Shown here: one piece after another, positions 42,017 to 51,699 of the stretch
Numbering within the stretch: the stretch's first letter is position 1
Layout of the letters: the number at the start of each line of letters is the position of its first letter
Assembly: GCA_963758525.1 (NCBI GenBank)
Contig: CAVWVQ010000003.1
Coordinates: 1,408,001-1,472,000, forward strand
From: an uncultured Phycisphaerales bacterium
Lineage (GTDB): Bacteria; Planctomycetota; Phycisphaerae; Tepidisphaerales; Tepidisphaeraceae
Length of the DNA: 64,000 nucleotides
Direction of reading: 5' to 3'
Made by a program: the position numbers and the translations under genes
Notes under the pieces: model-generated
What the model was told of the DNA's origin: nothing
Database searches by the model: none
What the model saw: only the letters and a program-made list of their open reading frames with translations

Positions 42017-42565
42017 TCACGCGCTCGCCGTGGCAAGATCACGGCGGCGGACCAGGATTCCTTGCGCAGTCAAGGTCATGATGACCGGAGTGCCGGGCGT
42101 CAGATCACGCTCTTCACGGAGCGCGGCCGACAGCACGAGTTCGCCATGTGGGCCGATGGTGCCGGTGCCCTCGTAATTGCGAAACTCTGCGCGGCGGTTG
42201 TTCAGTGTGCTGTTGGGAACCACGAAACTTTCGCCGACGGCGACCTTGGTAGCGGGGTCACGGCTGATGACGCGGGTATTTTTCTTGCCCTCCTTCACGA
42301 CGAAAAAACGTCCAGGTTCATGCTCGACTTCAACACTGACAGGATACGACCGCCCGGCATACGGTCGTCCAGCGTTATCTTTGAATTTCGGCCGGACAAG
42401 CAGTGTCTGCACTTTTACGATGTCTTTTTCAGATTCCTTAATTCGGGGGCCAGCGGGCCCTCCCTTACCGTCGTCGGGAACCACTCGCCAATTCAAATCG
42501 GACCGCCGGACCACCAAGAACTTGCCGGGCAACCCGCGCACTTCACATCGTCGGGAAAAGGCCAT
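42017..42565 (-). CDS. Protein with two beta-rich repeats and a C-terminal AbrB/MazE-like domain, copy 1
   Basis: TIGPHGELVLSAALREERDLTPGTPV..GILVRR fits the AbrB swapped-hairpin pattern; paralogue at 44014-44568. Confidence 0.72.
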   Translation of the reverse strand: MAFSRRCEVRGLPGKFLVVRRSDLNWRVVPDDGKGGPAGPRIKESEKDIVKVQTLLVRPKFKDNAGRPYAGRSYPVSVEVEHEPGRFFVVKEGKKNTRVISRDPATKVAVGESFVVPNSTLNNRRAEFRNYEGTGTIGPHGELVLSAALREERDLTPGTPVIMTLTAQGILVRRRDLATASA

Positions 42566-42753
42566 TTTTGCTCTCCAATTATGACAGTCAGAGTAGCGTT
42601 TTCCAAAACGCTGTACAAAATTCTATATCTGACATATATTAGTCTACGCAGCCGACGTGACATGTGTCAACCAGGCGGGGGTTATGTCGTCAGCGGGTTG
42701 CCAACGAGGAGTGCTTCTCGGGCGTGTTCGATTGGTTCTGACTTGAGGTTTTC

Positions 42754-43278
42754 ATGAGAATTGTAAAGGCCACGAGGCTCAGCTCACATGATCTTTCACT
42801 GCTCGGCTGGGAAGCGAAGCGGGCATATCAACGAGACCAGCGCGATGTTAGTCGATGGCGGGGTTGGAGGGCTCCAATCGGCTATCAGTGCCGCATCCCC
42901 TGTACCTTGCAAAACCACGTCATACGTGCTGCGGCCGAGGAGGTCCTGTCGCGCATCGCCGAGTTGTGCTTTGACGACGCGCTCGTACTCCAATCGAGAG
43001 TTCGCTCTATCGAGGCGCTGCCGCGGCGGGAGCAAATCACCCGTGACCGCCACGGGAGAGAGCGGATCCATCTTGGTCGATGCAGGCGCGACGACCGAAA
43101 GATCCTCCTCAATGAGGACATCGTCGATTCTGACTGGGCGCGCTATGTCTTCGCCCACGAGTGCGGCCATGCGGTTCAGCGGATCGGTCATCACTGGGGA
43201 CATAAGGCGAACGAGCGATGGGCAGACCGATACGCTTTGAGCCTCGGGTATTCGAGGCCCGCATCGATGGGTCGGTAG
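42754..43278 (+). CDS. HExxH zinc metallopeptidase-like protein (ImmA/IrrE-like), copy 1
   Basis: KILLNE..YVFAHECGHA..NERWADRYA; paralogue at 44684-45211. Confidence 0.72.
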   Translation: MRIVKATRLSSHDLSLLGWEAKRAYQRDQRDVSRWRGWRAPIGYQCRIPCTLQNHVIRAAAEEVLSRIAELCFDDALVLQSRVRSIEALPRREQITRDRHGRERIHLGRCRRDDRKILLNEDIVDSDWARYVFAHECGHAVQRIGHHWGHKANERWADRYALSLGYSRPASMGR

Positions 43279-43530
43279 CGCGACGGGTTGCGGCAACTCT
43301 GAAAAAGCGCGACCACAAAGCGGCGCCGCGATGAGCTCATCTCCAGTCGCCAGCTTCCCGAACTCACTCAGCGCCTCGATCGATTCCACGCCGCAGCCGA
43401 TCGCGAATTCCATAAATTGCGCCAGATGCAACCGCCGGCTGCCGTCTCTGAGCACGCCGACTCTGGAACCGCGGAGGATGTTGGCACGGGACAAGCTATT
43501 TGCCCCCTACTGCCTCTGTCTCACTCACAG

Positions 43531-43686
43531 GAACCCGCCATTCCCGCCATTTCCGACATGCCTTGGATCGCATGAGGAATCGGTATGGTGGGATTTTTCG
43601 CGCCGTTTCACCAAACCCGCCATTGCAAAACGCCGCTGGCGCTATCGAGAAGCGGTGTTTTGGCGGAAATGGCGGGTTTGGCGGGT
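43531..43686. repeat. Type A inverted element A3
   Basis: GAACCCGCCATTCCCGCCATT..AACCCGCCATTGCAAAA..TGGCGGAAATGGCGGGTTTGGCGGGT; colinear with A4. Confidence 0.92.
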
Positions 43687-43742
43687 CGTCTGAGGCGGAT
43701 GGCGCTCTCGTTTTTGTTCGTTACAGCTCGGGTGCGTCACCT

Positions 43743-43848
43743 CACAACGGACGCTCACTATCGTCACTGGTCAGGCATCCACCGCGCCCCATAGCGATGG
43801 ATTGATGACGGTAGTGAGCTGGATGACGGTGTTTTGCGAGTTGCTGGA
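43743..43848. repeat. Type B inverted element B2
   Basis: CACAACGGACGCTCACTATCGTCACTGG..TGACGGTAGTGAGC..GAGTTGCTGGA; one left unit fewer than B1. Confidence 0.88.
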
Positions 43849-44013
43849 GTTGACTCCTTGGCCCCGCGCGTCGTGAAGTCCTGCGCCGGAATGGCGGTCC
43901 TGCAGCTGCTCAACGGCAGCCCATCTGGCGTTGCCGGCAATGGTGTCAGTGCGCAGGGATCCCGACAGCTCCACCTCCTTAACCTGTGTGACCCTCCCGG
44001 AGCTACTCACCCA

Positions 44014-44568
44014 TCACGCGCCCGCCGCGGTGAGATCACGGCGACGGACCAGGATCCCTTGCGCAGTCAATGTCATTATGACCGGCGTGCCCGGCGTGAG
44101 ATCACATTCTTCACGCAACGGAGCCGAAACTACGAGTTCCCCATGAGGCCCAATCGTGCCAGTGCCCTCATAGTTTTCAAAGTCGCTACGCGGTTTCTTT
44201 AGCATGCTATTTGGCACCACGAAGCTCTCGCCAACCGCGACTTTGGTGCCGGGATCACGGGCAATAACGCGGCTGTTGTTCTTCCCTTCTTTGACAACGA
44301 AAAAACGGCCGGGCTCACGATCGATTTCGACGGTGGATGCATATGATCGCCCGGCATAGGGGCGACCAGCGTTATCTCTCAATTTTGGGCGGACACGCAG
44401 TGTCTGCACACTCCCAGGTACGATGTCTTTCTTCGAAACTTTGATTCGTGGTCCTGCGGCATTGCCTTTCCCGTCGTCAGGCGCCACGCGCCAGTTCAGG
44501 TAGGACTCGCGAACAACGAGAAATTTACCAGGCAGGCCGCGCACCTCACATCGCCTCGAAAACCGCAT
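44014..44568 (-). CDS. AbrB-domain protein, copy 2
   Basis: Colinear with 42017-42565; AAGGAG RBS. Confidence 0.72.
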   Translation of the reverse strand: MRFSRRCEVRGLPGKFLVVRESYLNWRVAPDDGKGNAAGPRIKVSKKDIVPGSVQTLRVRPKLRDNAGRPYAGRSYASTVEIDREPGRFFVVKEGKNNSRVIARDPGTKVAVGESFVVPNSMLKKPRSDFENYEGTGTIGPHGELVVSAPLREECDLTPGTPVIMTLTAQGILVRRRDLTAAGA

Positions 44569-44683
44569 AGGAATCTCCTTTCAACGTGGATCAGATGCAC
44601 GCAATGCTATACGCATGTAGTCGATTATTAATCTGACATGCGTTATCGTACGCGGCGTCGGGACTACCGTCAAGGAGGTCATT

Positions 44684-45211
44684 ATGAGTGTGTTAAGGGC
44701 CGAAATGCTCACTCCCCATGATCTGCCGCTGGTCGGCTGGGAAACTAAACGGGCATATGAAAGAGACCAGCGTGATATCCACCGATGGCAAGGCCTGAGG
44801 GCTACCATCGGGTATCAGTGCATCATTCCGTGCACCGTGCAGAATCCCATGATACGTGATGCGATAGAGGACGTTCTCTCGCGCATCGCCGACATATGGT
44901 TTAACGACGCACTCGTCCTTCAATCGAGAGTTCATTCCATTGACGCGATGCCTGGGCGCGAACGATATTTCCGTAACCGCCAAGGGAAAGATCGCGTTCG
45001 TCTGGGCAGATGGCGCGGCCTTGATGCCAAGATCTTGCTCAACGAGAAAGACATAATGAATTACGACGAGGCACGCTATGTCTTTGCCCATGAATGCGGC
45101 CACGCGGCGCAGCGGATCGGTCATGACTGGGGGTATAGGGCGAACGAGCGGTGGGCTGACAAATACGCTGCTGACCTCGGATTTGTGAGGCCCGCGTCGA
45201 TACGCCGGTAG
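44684..45211 (+). CDS. HExxH metallopeptidase-like protein, copy 2
   Basis: YVFAHECGHA..ERWADKYA; AAGGAGG RBS. Confidence 0.72.
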   Translation: MSVLRAEMLTPHDLPLVGWETKRAYERDQRDIHRWQGLRATIGYQCIIPCTVQNPMIRDAIEDVLSRIADIWFNDALVLQSRVHSIDAMPGRERYFRNRQGKDRVRLGRWRGLDAKILLNEKDIMNYDEARYVFAHECGHAAQRIGHDWGYRANERWADKYAADLGFVRPASIRR

Positions 45212-45295
45212 CGGGTTGAATCATTCCCGGAGCAAGGACGAGATGGCGGGATCCATTATCTTGACGAAATAGTGGTGGTGTCCGACATTCAGGTC

Positions 45296-45772
45296 ATGAT
45301 TCAGCTTGGCATTGCAGAACAGGCTTTCATGGCGGCGTTTGCTCGCGACGACGATTTTCACGATGCCGTGAAACGTCGCACGTACCTTGATTGAACCACT
45401 GGGGAGGTCCTATGGGTGTACTCTTCGGATGAAGATGCCGCCATGGAGATGGGGGATGCCGCAGCCGAACAGAACCAAATCCTCCGACAGCAGCTTGAGG
45501 CGAACCCGCGTAGCTTTCTGCGCATTCCCGGCCTCTCGCATGGAGACCATCACGAAATCCTGAAGGACTTCGTCGGTTCAGCATGGACGCCCGATGAAGA
45601 ACTCCGAAGGGAGGCCGTGAGCGCCTACACACGATCCATCGGCACATGGCAAAAACGCATGGAAGGTCGTGACGATGTCTTGGCGGCGTGGCGCGAATTT
45701 AAGGAGCGAGCTGTAGCCAAGCGCGCGGCCGCCTTCCTGCGCAAGAACGGTATTGAGGCTCAATGGCGCTGA
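45296..45772 (+). pseudogene. UPF0158-like protein with an in-frame stop
   Basis: RTYLD*TTGEV (TGA 45392-45394), FLRIP, ILKDFV, WREFK, FLRKNGI. Confidence 0.65.
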
Positions 45773-45896
45773 GTTGTAAGCCAGCCGATGGCGAGCATGC
45801 CACGTTGTCTTCGGGGCGAGGGTCGAGGGCGACGATTCTCAACCGGTCTGACTCGGCGCAAAAAGAAACAAACTTGTCCCGTACTCTATCTCCTGC

Positions 45897-46051
45897 GAAC
45901 CCGCCATTCCCGCCATTCCCGACATCCATTGGGTTGCATGAGGGGTCGGCATGGCGGGTTTTCCGCGCCGTGTCACCGAACCCGCCATTGCAAAATGCCG
46001 CTGGCAATATCAAAAAGCAGCTTTTTGGCGGAAATGGCGGGTTTGGCGGGT
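45897..46051. repeat. Type A inverted element A4
   Basis: Full-length match to A3 including the spacer. Confidence 0.92.
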
Positions 46052-46066
46052 CGGATGAGGCAATAG

Positions 46067-46720
46067 GGTCGTGGCGCCGTTCGAAATAGATCGGCCATCG
46101 CCCGTCGGTTTCAGACAGTCGTAGGCATCCGAGAATTCGAGGGGATCTGTTGGTTCCATTTCACACGGGTTCCCATAAACGAGCGCTTCGAGATTGGCAT
46201 TTTACCCGTCGATCAACGGTTAGATGAAATCTGGTCGCTCTTGGGATCGTTACTTCCAAGGAAGTTCGGCCCGGCGGCGTGGGAGGAGTTTAGGGATAGC
46301 ATGCAGGACAGCCCGCACCATTATGCGGACCTATACCGGCTGAAGACTGCCAGTAAAAGGATGAGTGGCCCCTTTGCTATGCTGCTTCGGTCAATCGCGT
46401 TTGAGAGGGGACGCCACGACACTCATTACCTGCGAACGCCAGAGACTATTGAAGACATCTGCATCGTTTTCAAGGAAACGCATGGCTTTGATTTGCAGCG
46501 CGCATTCATTCGTCAGACCAAGCCGTGTATCGTCAAGTTCTTACACAGAGAGCATAAGTTGTACGCTCTTGAGGGCGCGCTCCACTACCTTTATCTCTCG
46601 CGTAAGCGGGGTGGAACGAAGGGAATGATGCCGGGCTGCTTCGATGCCGCAGGAAGCCCGATTCCGCCTGCCGATATTCTAAAAGTGGAGTTCATTCCGA
46701 GAGCACCTCGGCGCGGGTAG
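46067..46720 (+). pseudogene. 5'-truncated hypothetical gene
   Basis: Frame open from 46067 (CWFHFTR..GPFAML..YLRTPETIEDI) with no start codon before the TTG at 46241; begins right after A4. Confidence 0.5.
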
Positions 46721-46932
46721 GAGGCGAGGCTAGAGCAGGTCGAGCCAGGCCCCCCACCCTCCCCGTCGACAAGCTCGCATCTGGCCATGATTTCCAGCAG
46801 TTCCGCCAACGAGAAAGCGGTTTCGCAGCTTCCGACATGGTGATCGAATGCTGGAATTTTAGGGACACCGCAGCAAGCGCTCGTGGTCTGTATCGGCGGC
46901 ACTCCGCACGCCGGCGCAACAAGGTCAGGCAG

Positions 46933-47805
46933 TCAAACACAGGCACGAGCGCCAAACTGGCTGGGATCAAGGCCAGCCGCGATCAGGGAATTCCGCCAAT
47001 TCCCATGCCGCCGAGTAGCAGCGCGGTACAGCGCCCTGTCATCGCGATAGACCGCAACGGCATTGATCGCCCGGCGGTCGCGATGCCGTGAAAGGATCGC
47101 ATGAGTCACAGCCTCGGTCGTCCAGCGCTGTCCAGACTGTCGCACCGATACCGAGCCCGAGTCCACGAGCCCGGGTGCGCAAGAGATCACCGGCTTTGAG
47201 TTCCTCTCGACGTCCCGTTCACCGGTGTGGGTCGCGGAGCCGATCGGTCGTCGTGAAGCATGCAGGGTGGGATCAATCCCGGCGGCTACAATCGCCGCCC
47301 GCCAACTTCCGAAGATCCTCGCGCCAGCGTCCGCTAGCGATCTCGGTTGCACGGATCGTGCCGCTAGTGGCGCGTTCCTCAACACCCTCGTCAGAATCTC
47401 TTCGATGATCCGCTCGGGAGTCCACTGGACTACCCGTCGGAATCTCTCGGGGTCGGCGCCCGCTGCGATTACAGCCTTAGACCATGACCCGAAGACCCTG
47501 CGCGCCGCCGCCACCAGGCCCGAATGTCGATTCTGCAATTCGGTTGGGCTCAAAGGTCGCTGTCGCCGCCCGAGCAATCTGATGTTCGCGAGAATCTTGG
47601 CCGGCGGCCAACTGTCGTGCGATCTCGCACGTTTCGGTGGGACACCGGCCGCCACGATAGCGTTGCGCCACGACCCGAAAACCCGGGACGCTGCCTCGTA
47701 CAACCCGGAATCTACTCCCTGTTTTTTGCTCGCGGTGAGGTTTAGCCCTTCTGATTCGCGTCGAAGAATCTCCCGGATGATCTGCTCGCGTGTCCACTTC
47801 ACCAT
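46933..47805 (-). CDS. Protein with four W-x-x-E-x-I..GSW..A..AAG repeats (homing-endonuclease-associated repeat-like)
   Basis: FGSWRNAIVAAG, FGSWSKAVIAAG, FGSWRAAIVAAG, HGNWRNSLIAAG. Confidence 0.75.
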   Translation of the reverse strand: MVKWTREQIIREILRRESEGLNLTASKKQGVDSGLYEAASRVFGSWRNAIVAAGVPPKRARSHDSWPPAKILANIRLLGRRQRPLSPTELQNRHSGLVAAARRVFGSWSKAVIAAGADPERFRRVVQWTPERIIEEILTRVLRNAPLAARSVQPRSLADAGARIFGSWRAAIVAAGIDPTLHASRRPIGSATHTGERDVERNSKPVISCAPGLVDSGSVSVRQSGQRWTTEAVTHAILSRHRDRRAINAVAVYRDDRALYRAATRRHGNWRNSLIAAGLDPSQFGARACV

Positions 47806-47809
47806 GGCG

Positions 47810-48646
47810 TTACCCTCTGGCCTCGGCGATGACCGTCTGAAAGCGGTGGACAATCGCGGGGTGATGTTGGTTGAGGTATTCGCGAATACGAGAATTCGTC
47901 AGCAGTTCACGGGCGAAGATGGCAAGCCTGAGCAGATCTACGGTGTACTGCTTGTAGAGCCGCGAGTAGAAGTCGTGCTTCTGCTCGGCGTCTGCCAACT
48001 GCTTCAGAAGGCTGGTTTTCCGCTTCGCGGTCTTGTCCCACGGGTCATTTCCCCCTTTGCGGATCTCACGCAGCGGCGGCGGTGTCTTGAGAATCAGCGT
48101 GCGGACGAATGCGATGCTGTAGTCCTTATAACCCTCCATCGCCGCCATGATCTCCTTCTGCCGGGCCGGCTTCACGTTCGTCAATTCTCGGGCGCACGAC
48201 CGCGTGATCTTGTCTTTATCAAAAGCGCTCGCCACGTCGGGGTGCAGACGTTTCAGAAGGGTTTTCTTCAGGCGGTGGGAGATTCCGGCGATCCCCAACG
48301 CCGCTGCTATTGTGTCTTCGTCGAGTTCCTCCATTGACTGCTCGATCATTCGGTTCTCCTGCACCGGTGACACCCCATTCACCATGCGGTTGCTGGTGAA
48401 TGCCTCACGTCGTTTTCCCAATATACAGGGCACCACCTCGATCCCAAGCTCAAGCAATGCCCGGTATCTCTGAACTCCGTCGAGGATCACGTAGTCGTCG
48501 CCATCGGGGTAGACGATCAACGGTTCAATCAGGCCGACCGCCTTAATGCTGGCAAGGATTCGGTCGTACTCGCGTTTCTTGACCTTGCGATCGCGTAGAG
48601 GCCGGAGACGGATGATGGGAATATCGCAACCAATTGATTCGTCCAT
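47810..48646 (-). CDS. ParB-like protein with RepB-type C-terminal domain
   Basis: SIKAVGLIEPLIV..ILDGVQR, EAFTSN, VSPVQENRMI. Confidence 0.85.
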   Translation of the reverse strand: MDESIGCDIPIIRLRPLRDRKVKKREYDRILASIKAVGLIEPLIVYPDGDDYVILDGVQRYRALLELGIEVVPCILGKRREAFTSNRMVNGVSPVQENRMIEQSMEELDEDTIAAALGIAGISHRLKKTLLKRLHPDVASAFDKDKITRSCARELTNVKPARQKEIMAAMEGYKDYSIAFVRTLILKTPPPLREIRKGGNDPWDKTAKRKTSLLKQLADAEQKHDFYSRLYKQYTVDLLRLAIFARELLTNSRIREYLNQHHPAIVHRFQTVIAEARG

Positions 48647-48679
48647 AAAAAGCCTGCCTTTCAGAGTTGAGCGATATGA

Positions 48680-49579
48680 TCAGTTACCGGGTGAGTCAGT
48701 GTAGGTGCCGGCCAGTTCGGGACGTTGAGCAAGCCCCTCGGTCTGCAATATCGTCAGCAGCGCCGAGTCCTTCCACAATGCCGTGAAACCGTCAAGCAGC
48801 ATGAACAGCCGGCTCTCTTTGCCCTGGGCTTCACGGACATAAGAATCTTTGGCCTGGGTGGCGCTGGAAATGTCCGTCGTCAAGGTGGCGACGGTATAGC
48901 CTTCCGCTGACTCAGTGCTGCGTTTGCGATGCCGACGGTCTGTGCGCGCAGTGATGATCGATCGAGCTCGCGCGAAGTTCTGGGAGTTGACGATTCCCTT
49001 GTCGAAAGCATCCATCAGGACGTTCTGTATGGCAGCGCCATCAGTCGAGGCAACGAGGACCGCGAAGGAGATTGGAAACACCTCCTGCTCGACTCCCTGA
49101 ATCAGCCGGTCCTCTCCGTTCTCGACCAGACGAATGTACTGGCGCACATACTCCGCGGTGCGACACGCGACCTCGGCGATTTGCTCGAAGGTCCAATTCT
49201 CGTCCCGGAGGTTCTTCAACTCCCGTGCGAACTCCATCGTACCGGGGCGACTACGGGCCAGGTTCTCGATCAACGACTCAAGGTAGGCCTGTTTCCGAGT
49301 GCAGGTGACGATCTCTGCGAGGACGTGTGTCTTTTTGAGCCGCTTCCCTGCGTTGAGTCGGCCCTCGCCGCAGATCAGCTCATAGTTTCCCTGACCGTCT
49401 TTACCGAGGAACTTGTCGTTCACCCGGATGTCTTTGATTTGCCCGATCGCCTCAATGCTCTGCACGTTGCGGGCGAACTGAACCTCATCGCGTGTGCGGG
49501 AGTTGATGACCTTGATCTTATCGAGCGGAATCATTTCGCGCCGGCGGTCTTTCATCAGGATAATCTGTGCGTTGCTCAT
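48680..49579 (-). CDS. ParB/RepB/Spo0J-like protein
   Basis: IPLDKIKVINSRTR, YELICGEGRL, SLIENLAR. Confidence 0.85.
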   Translation of the reverse strand: MSNAQIILMKDRRREMIPLDKIKVINSRTRDEVQFARNVQSIEAIGQIKDIRVNDKFLGKDGQGNYELICGEGRLNAGKRLKKTHVLAEIVTCTRKQAYLESLIENLARSRPGTMEFARELKNLRDENWTFEQIAEVACRTAEYVRQYIRLVENGEDRLIQGVEQEVFPISFAVLVASTDGAAIQNVLMDAFDKGIVNSQNFARARSIITARTDRRHRKRSTESAEGYTVATLTTDISSATQAKDSYVREAQGKESRLFMLLDGFTALWKDSALLTILQTEGLAQRPELAGTYTDSPGN

Positions 49580-51102
49580 GATGACCTCGCCAATTGAAAG
49601 ATGAATTCGAGTCCGGTGTGCCCGTACATGTCGAGTCGGGACTCGGATGATCCGAAGAGTCGAATGCCTCGGTCTTCAACCATCAGGCGCGGCAGCGCCA
49701 GGTATCCAAGGATTTGCGGACCATGCGGACCGGAGACGGGAACGCCGAGCGTGATGTCGACGGTCCCGCGCTCATCGGGCCGGAAATACCAGTATTGGCT
49801 GTACCCGTGGGGAACCGGAACCGAAGGCTGGATCAGAACGGTGAACTTCCCATTGACGACCAGGAAGTCGTCGTAGCTCTCGACATCCTTGACCAATCCC
49901 CGCAGCAGCGACTCGACCTCGGTCCTAACCGCCGTGAGCGCGTTGCGGTAGGCCTGCTGATAGGCCGCATCCAGCGATCCGAACCGCTTGGCGTATGTAG
50001 CAGGTGATGGCGCAGCGGCATCGGTCCGGAGGAATGACGGCCGGAGGAACTCGTGTTCTTGCACCAGTCGGTCCAATTGCGCGAGCATGAAATCTCGACC
50101 ATAGCGGTGCGCGGCCTGCGCCAGGACGGTTTGTGCATGCTCGAAGACCGCCTGCTCCACGATAGGATCGAAGGCATTGGCCGTTCTGATCCACTCCCCT
50201 TTGGGATTGTGCCGTGTCGGCGTCTTCAGCTTCTGTGAAGTCCGGTTGTATACCAGCGTGCCGACGTACAGTTCATTGACGAGGATTCGCCGGACCTTGG
50301 CGCCATCCCATCTGCCGCCACCTGGCGAAGAAATGCTGTCACGATTCAGTCCGTCGGCGATTTCCTGCAGCCTCCGGAGCGTCTGGGTAAATTCGTGAAA
50401 GATGCGGTGGATCGTTGCTACCTGTCCCTCGTCCCCCCAGGCCAAGGTGACCCGCTGGTTCTGAATGCTTTTCCGCTGGCCCGGTGCCAGCACATGCAGA
50501 GGTGACTTCGTTTCATCCAGAAGCAATCGTGCGAGTCCATACGGCGGCGTGCCGCCGGCCCAATAGCCTTGCTGACTGATCTTCACACAACCGCGGAAGA
50601 CTTTCTCGCTCAGTTCCCGGCTGTATTGCGCCGAACGAAGGCGCTCGAACTGGATGACGAGCGGATAAAACTGATCGCCCTCCCTGCGCTTGCCGATCGT
50701 GGTGTAAATGACCTCCTTGCCATGGCGCTTGCACTCGGCGCTGTACGTGGCCGAGAGATCGATGTCTTGGAATCTTCCCCAGCGGCTGACGTCGAGGCAC
50801 AGGACCAAGGAGAAGTCTTTGCGCCGCTTGACCCAGTTCTCCATCATATCGTTGAAGGCGTCGCGCCCTTCGGCCGTCAGGCCCGACTTACCGCGATCAG
50901 CGAACTCGTGAATGACCTCGATGCCATTGGCGGCCGCCCATTGCAGCACCTGCTCTTGCTGGATCGCGACGGAGTTTTCCTGCCGATCCTGCGCAGAGTG
51001 CCGGTAATACGCGATGGCACGTAGCAATGGCAGTTTTGGTTCGGCGCCCGACGGCTCACTAGCCCACCACGGTGTTCGGTTGTTCTCTGGTTGCACGGGC
51101 AA
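49576..51102 (-). CDS. Large serine recombinase
   Basis: YYRHS..QENS, DRGKSG, DVSRWGR, YSRELS, GGTPPYG, YVGTLVYNR. Confidence 0.9.
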   Translation of the reverse strand: MPVQPENNRTPWWASEPSGAEPKLPLLRAIAYYRHSAQDRQENSVAIQQEQVLQWAAANGIEVIHEFADRGKSGLTAEGRDAFNDMMENWVKRRKDFSLVLCLDVSRWGRFQDIDLSATYSAECKRHGKEVIYTTIGKRREGDQFYPLVIQFERLRSAQYSRELSEKVFRGCVKISQQGYWAGGTPPYGLARLLLDETKSPLHVLAPGQRKSIQNQRVTLAWGDEGQVATIHRIFHEFTQTLRRLQEIADGLNRDSISSPGGGRWDGAKVRRILVNELYVGTLVYNRTSQKLKTPTRHNPKGEWIRTANAFDPIVEQAVFEHAQTVLAQAAHRYGRDFMLAQLDRLVQEHEFLRPSFLRTDAAAPSPATYAKRFGSLDAAYQQAYRNALTAVRTEVESLLRGLVKDVESYDDFLVVNGKFTVLIQPSVPVPHGYSQYWYFRPDERGTVDITLGVPVSGPHGPQILGYLALPRLMVEDRGIRLFGSSESRLDMYGHTGLEFIFQLARSS

Positions 51103-51215
51103 TTACGCCTTATGTAAAAAAAAGAACCTGTGGCCAGGTCGCTTTCGGTTGCTCGGGAGAGTGTGCGCGATCCCCGTGCAAATCAGAGGGGGATTCCCGT
51201 GCAATCCGCGTGCAA
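51091..51215. promoter_or_regulatory. Cluster of CCCGTGCAA boxes
   Basis: Direct copies at 51173, 51196, 51207 (1 mismatch); inverted at 51091 and 51149 (1 mismatch). Confidence 0.55.
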
Positions 51216-51231
51216 TGTGGCAGACGCGGTT

Positions 51232-51699
51232 TTAGAGATCGAGGATATAGCGTCCGTTATGACCTCTGATCGCCTTGGCCAACCCGGTCATCCCGCCCTC
51301 GCGCAGTCGGCGCCGAAGATGGCGGACGACGCTGCGAATCGTGGCGGTGGCAAGCTCTTCATCGTCCCACACGTCACGGAGCAGATCGAGGTGCGTGACG
51401 TACTGATTCGGGCGTCGGGCAAGCCGATCGAGAAGTCGAAAGCTGAGCGTGTGTCCCAAATGCAGGGAGCGGCCATGCCATGACACGCTCAGCGTTGACT
51501 CGCTCAGCAGCGGCCGTGAGTTGGCGCTGGAACGGTTCAATTCACGCCCGCACCGAAGGCGATCGCTCTGGATGACGTTTTCAGTCTCCGACCGGACGAC
51601 AGTGCGGATTTCTTCCACGCAGATCGCGGCGGTCATGAGTGTCTCAGCAAGTTGACTGGTAAGTCTGTCCAGTCGATGTGCGCTGTCCTGATTGTCCAC
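51232..51699 (-). CDS. Stand-alone OmpR-type winged-helix regulator
   Basis: FRLLDRLARRPNQYVTHLDLLRDVW..IRSVVRHLRRRL..GRYIL. Confidence 0.8.
   Translation of the reverse strand: MDNQDSAHRLDRLTSQLAETLMTAAICVEEIRTVVRSETENVIQSDRLRCGRELNRSSANSRPLLSESTLSVSWHGRSLHLGHTLSFRLLDRLARRPNQYVTHLDLLRDVWDDEELATATIRSVVRHLRRRLREGGMTGLAKAIRGHNGRYILDL

Noticed and set aside
45392..45394. Selenocysteine or readthrough at the in-frame TGA
   Set aside because: The position is not a Cys-type site (YLD.TTGE usually has R/L/K) and no SECIS-like hairpin is evident; a nonsense change is simpler.
47225..48337. Long antisense ORFs (also 7339-8454, 2800-3867, 1159-1989)
   Set aside because: They shadow well-supported genes on the other strand, as expected in GC-rich DNA.
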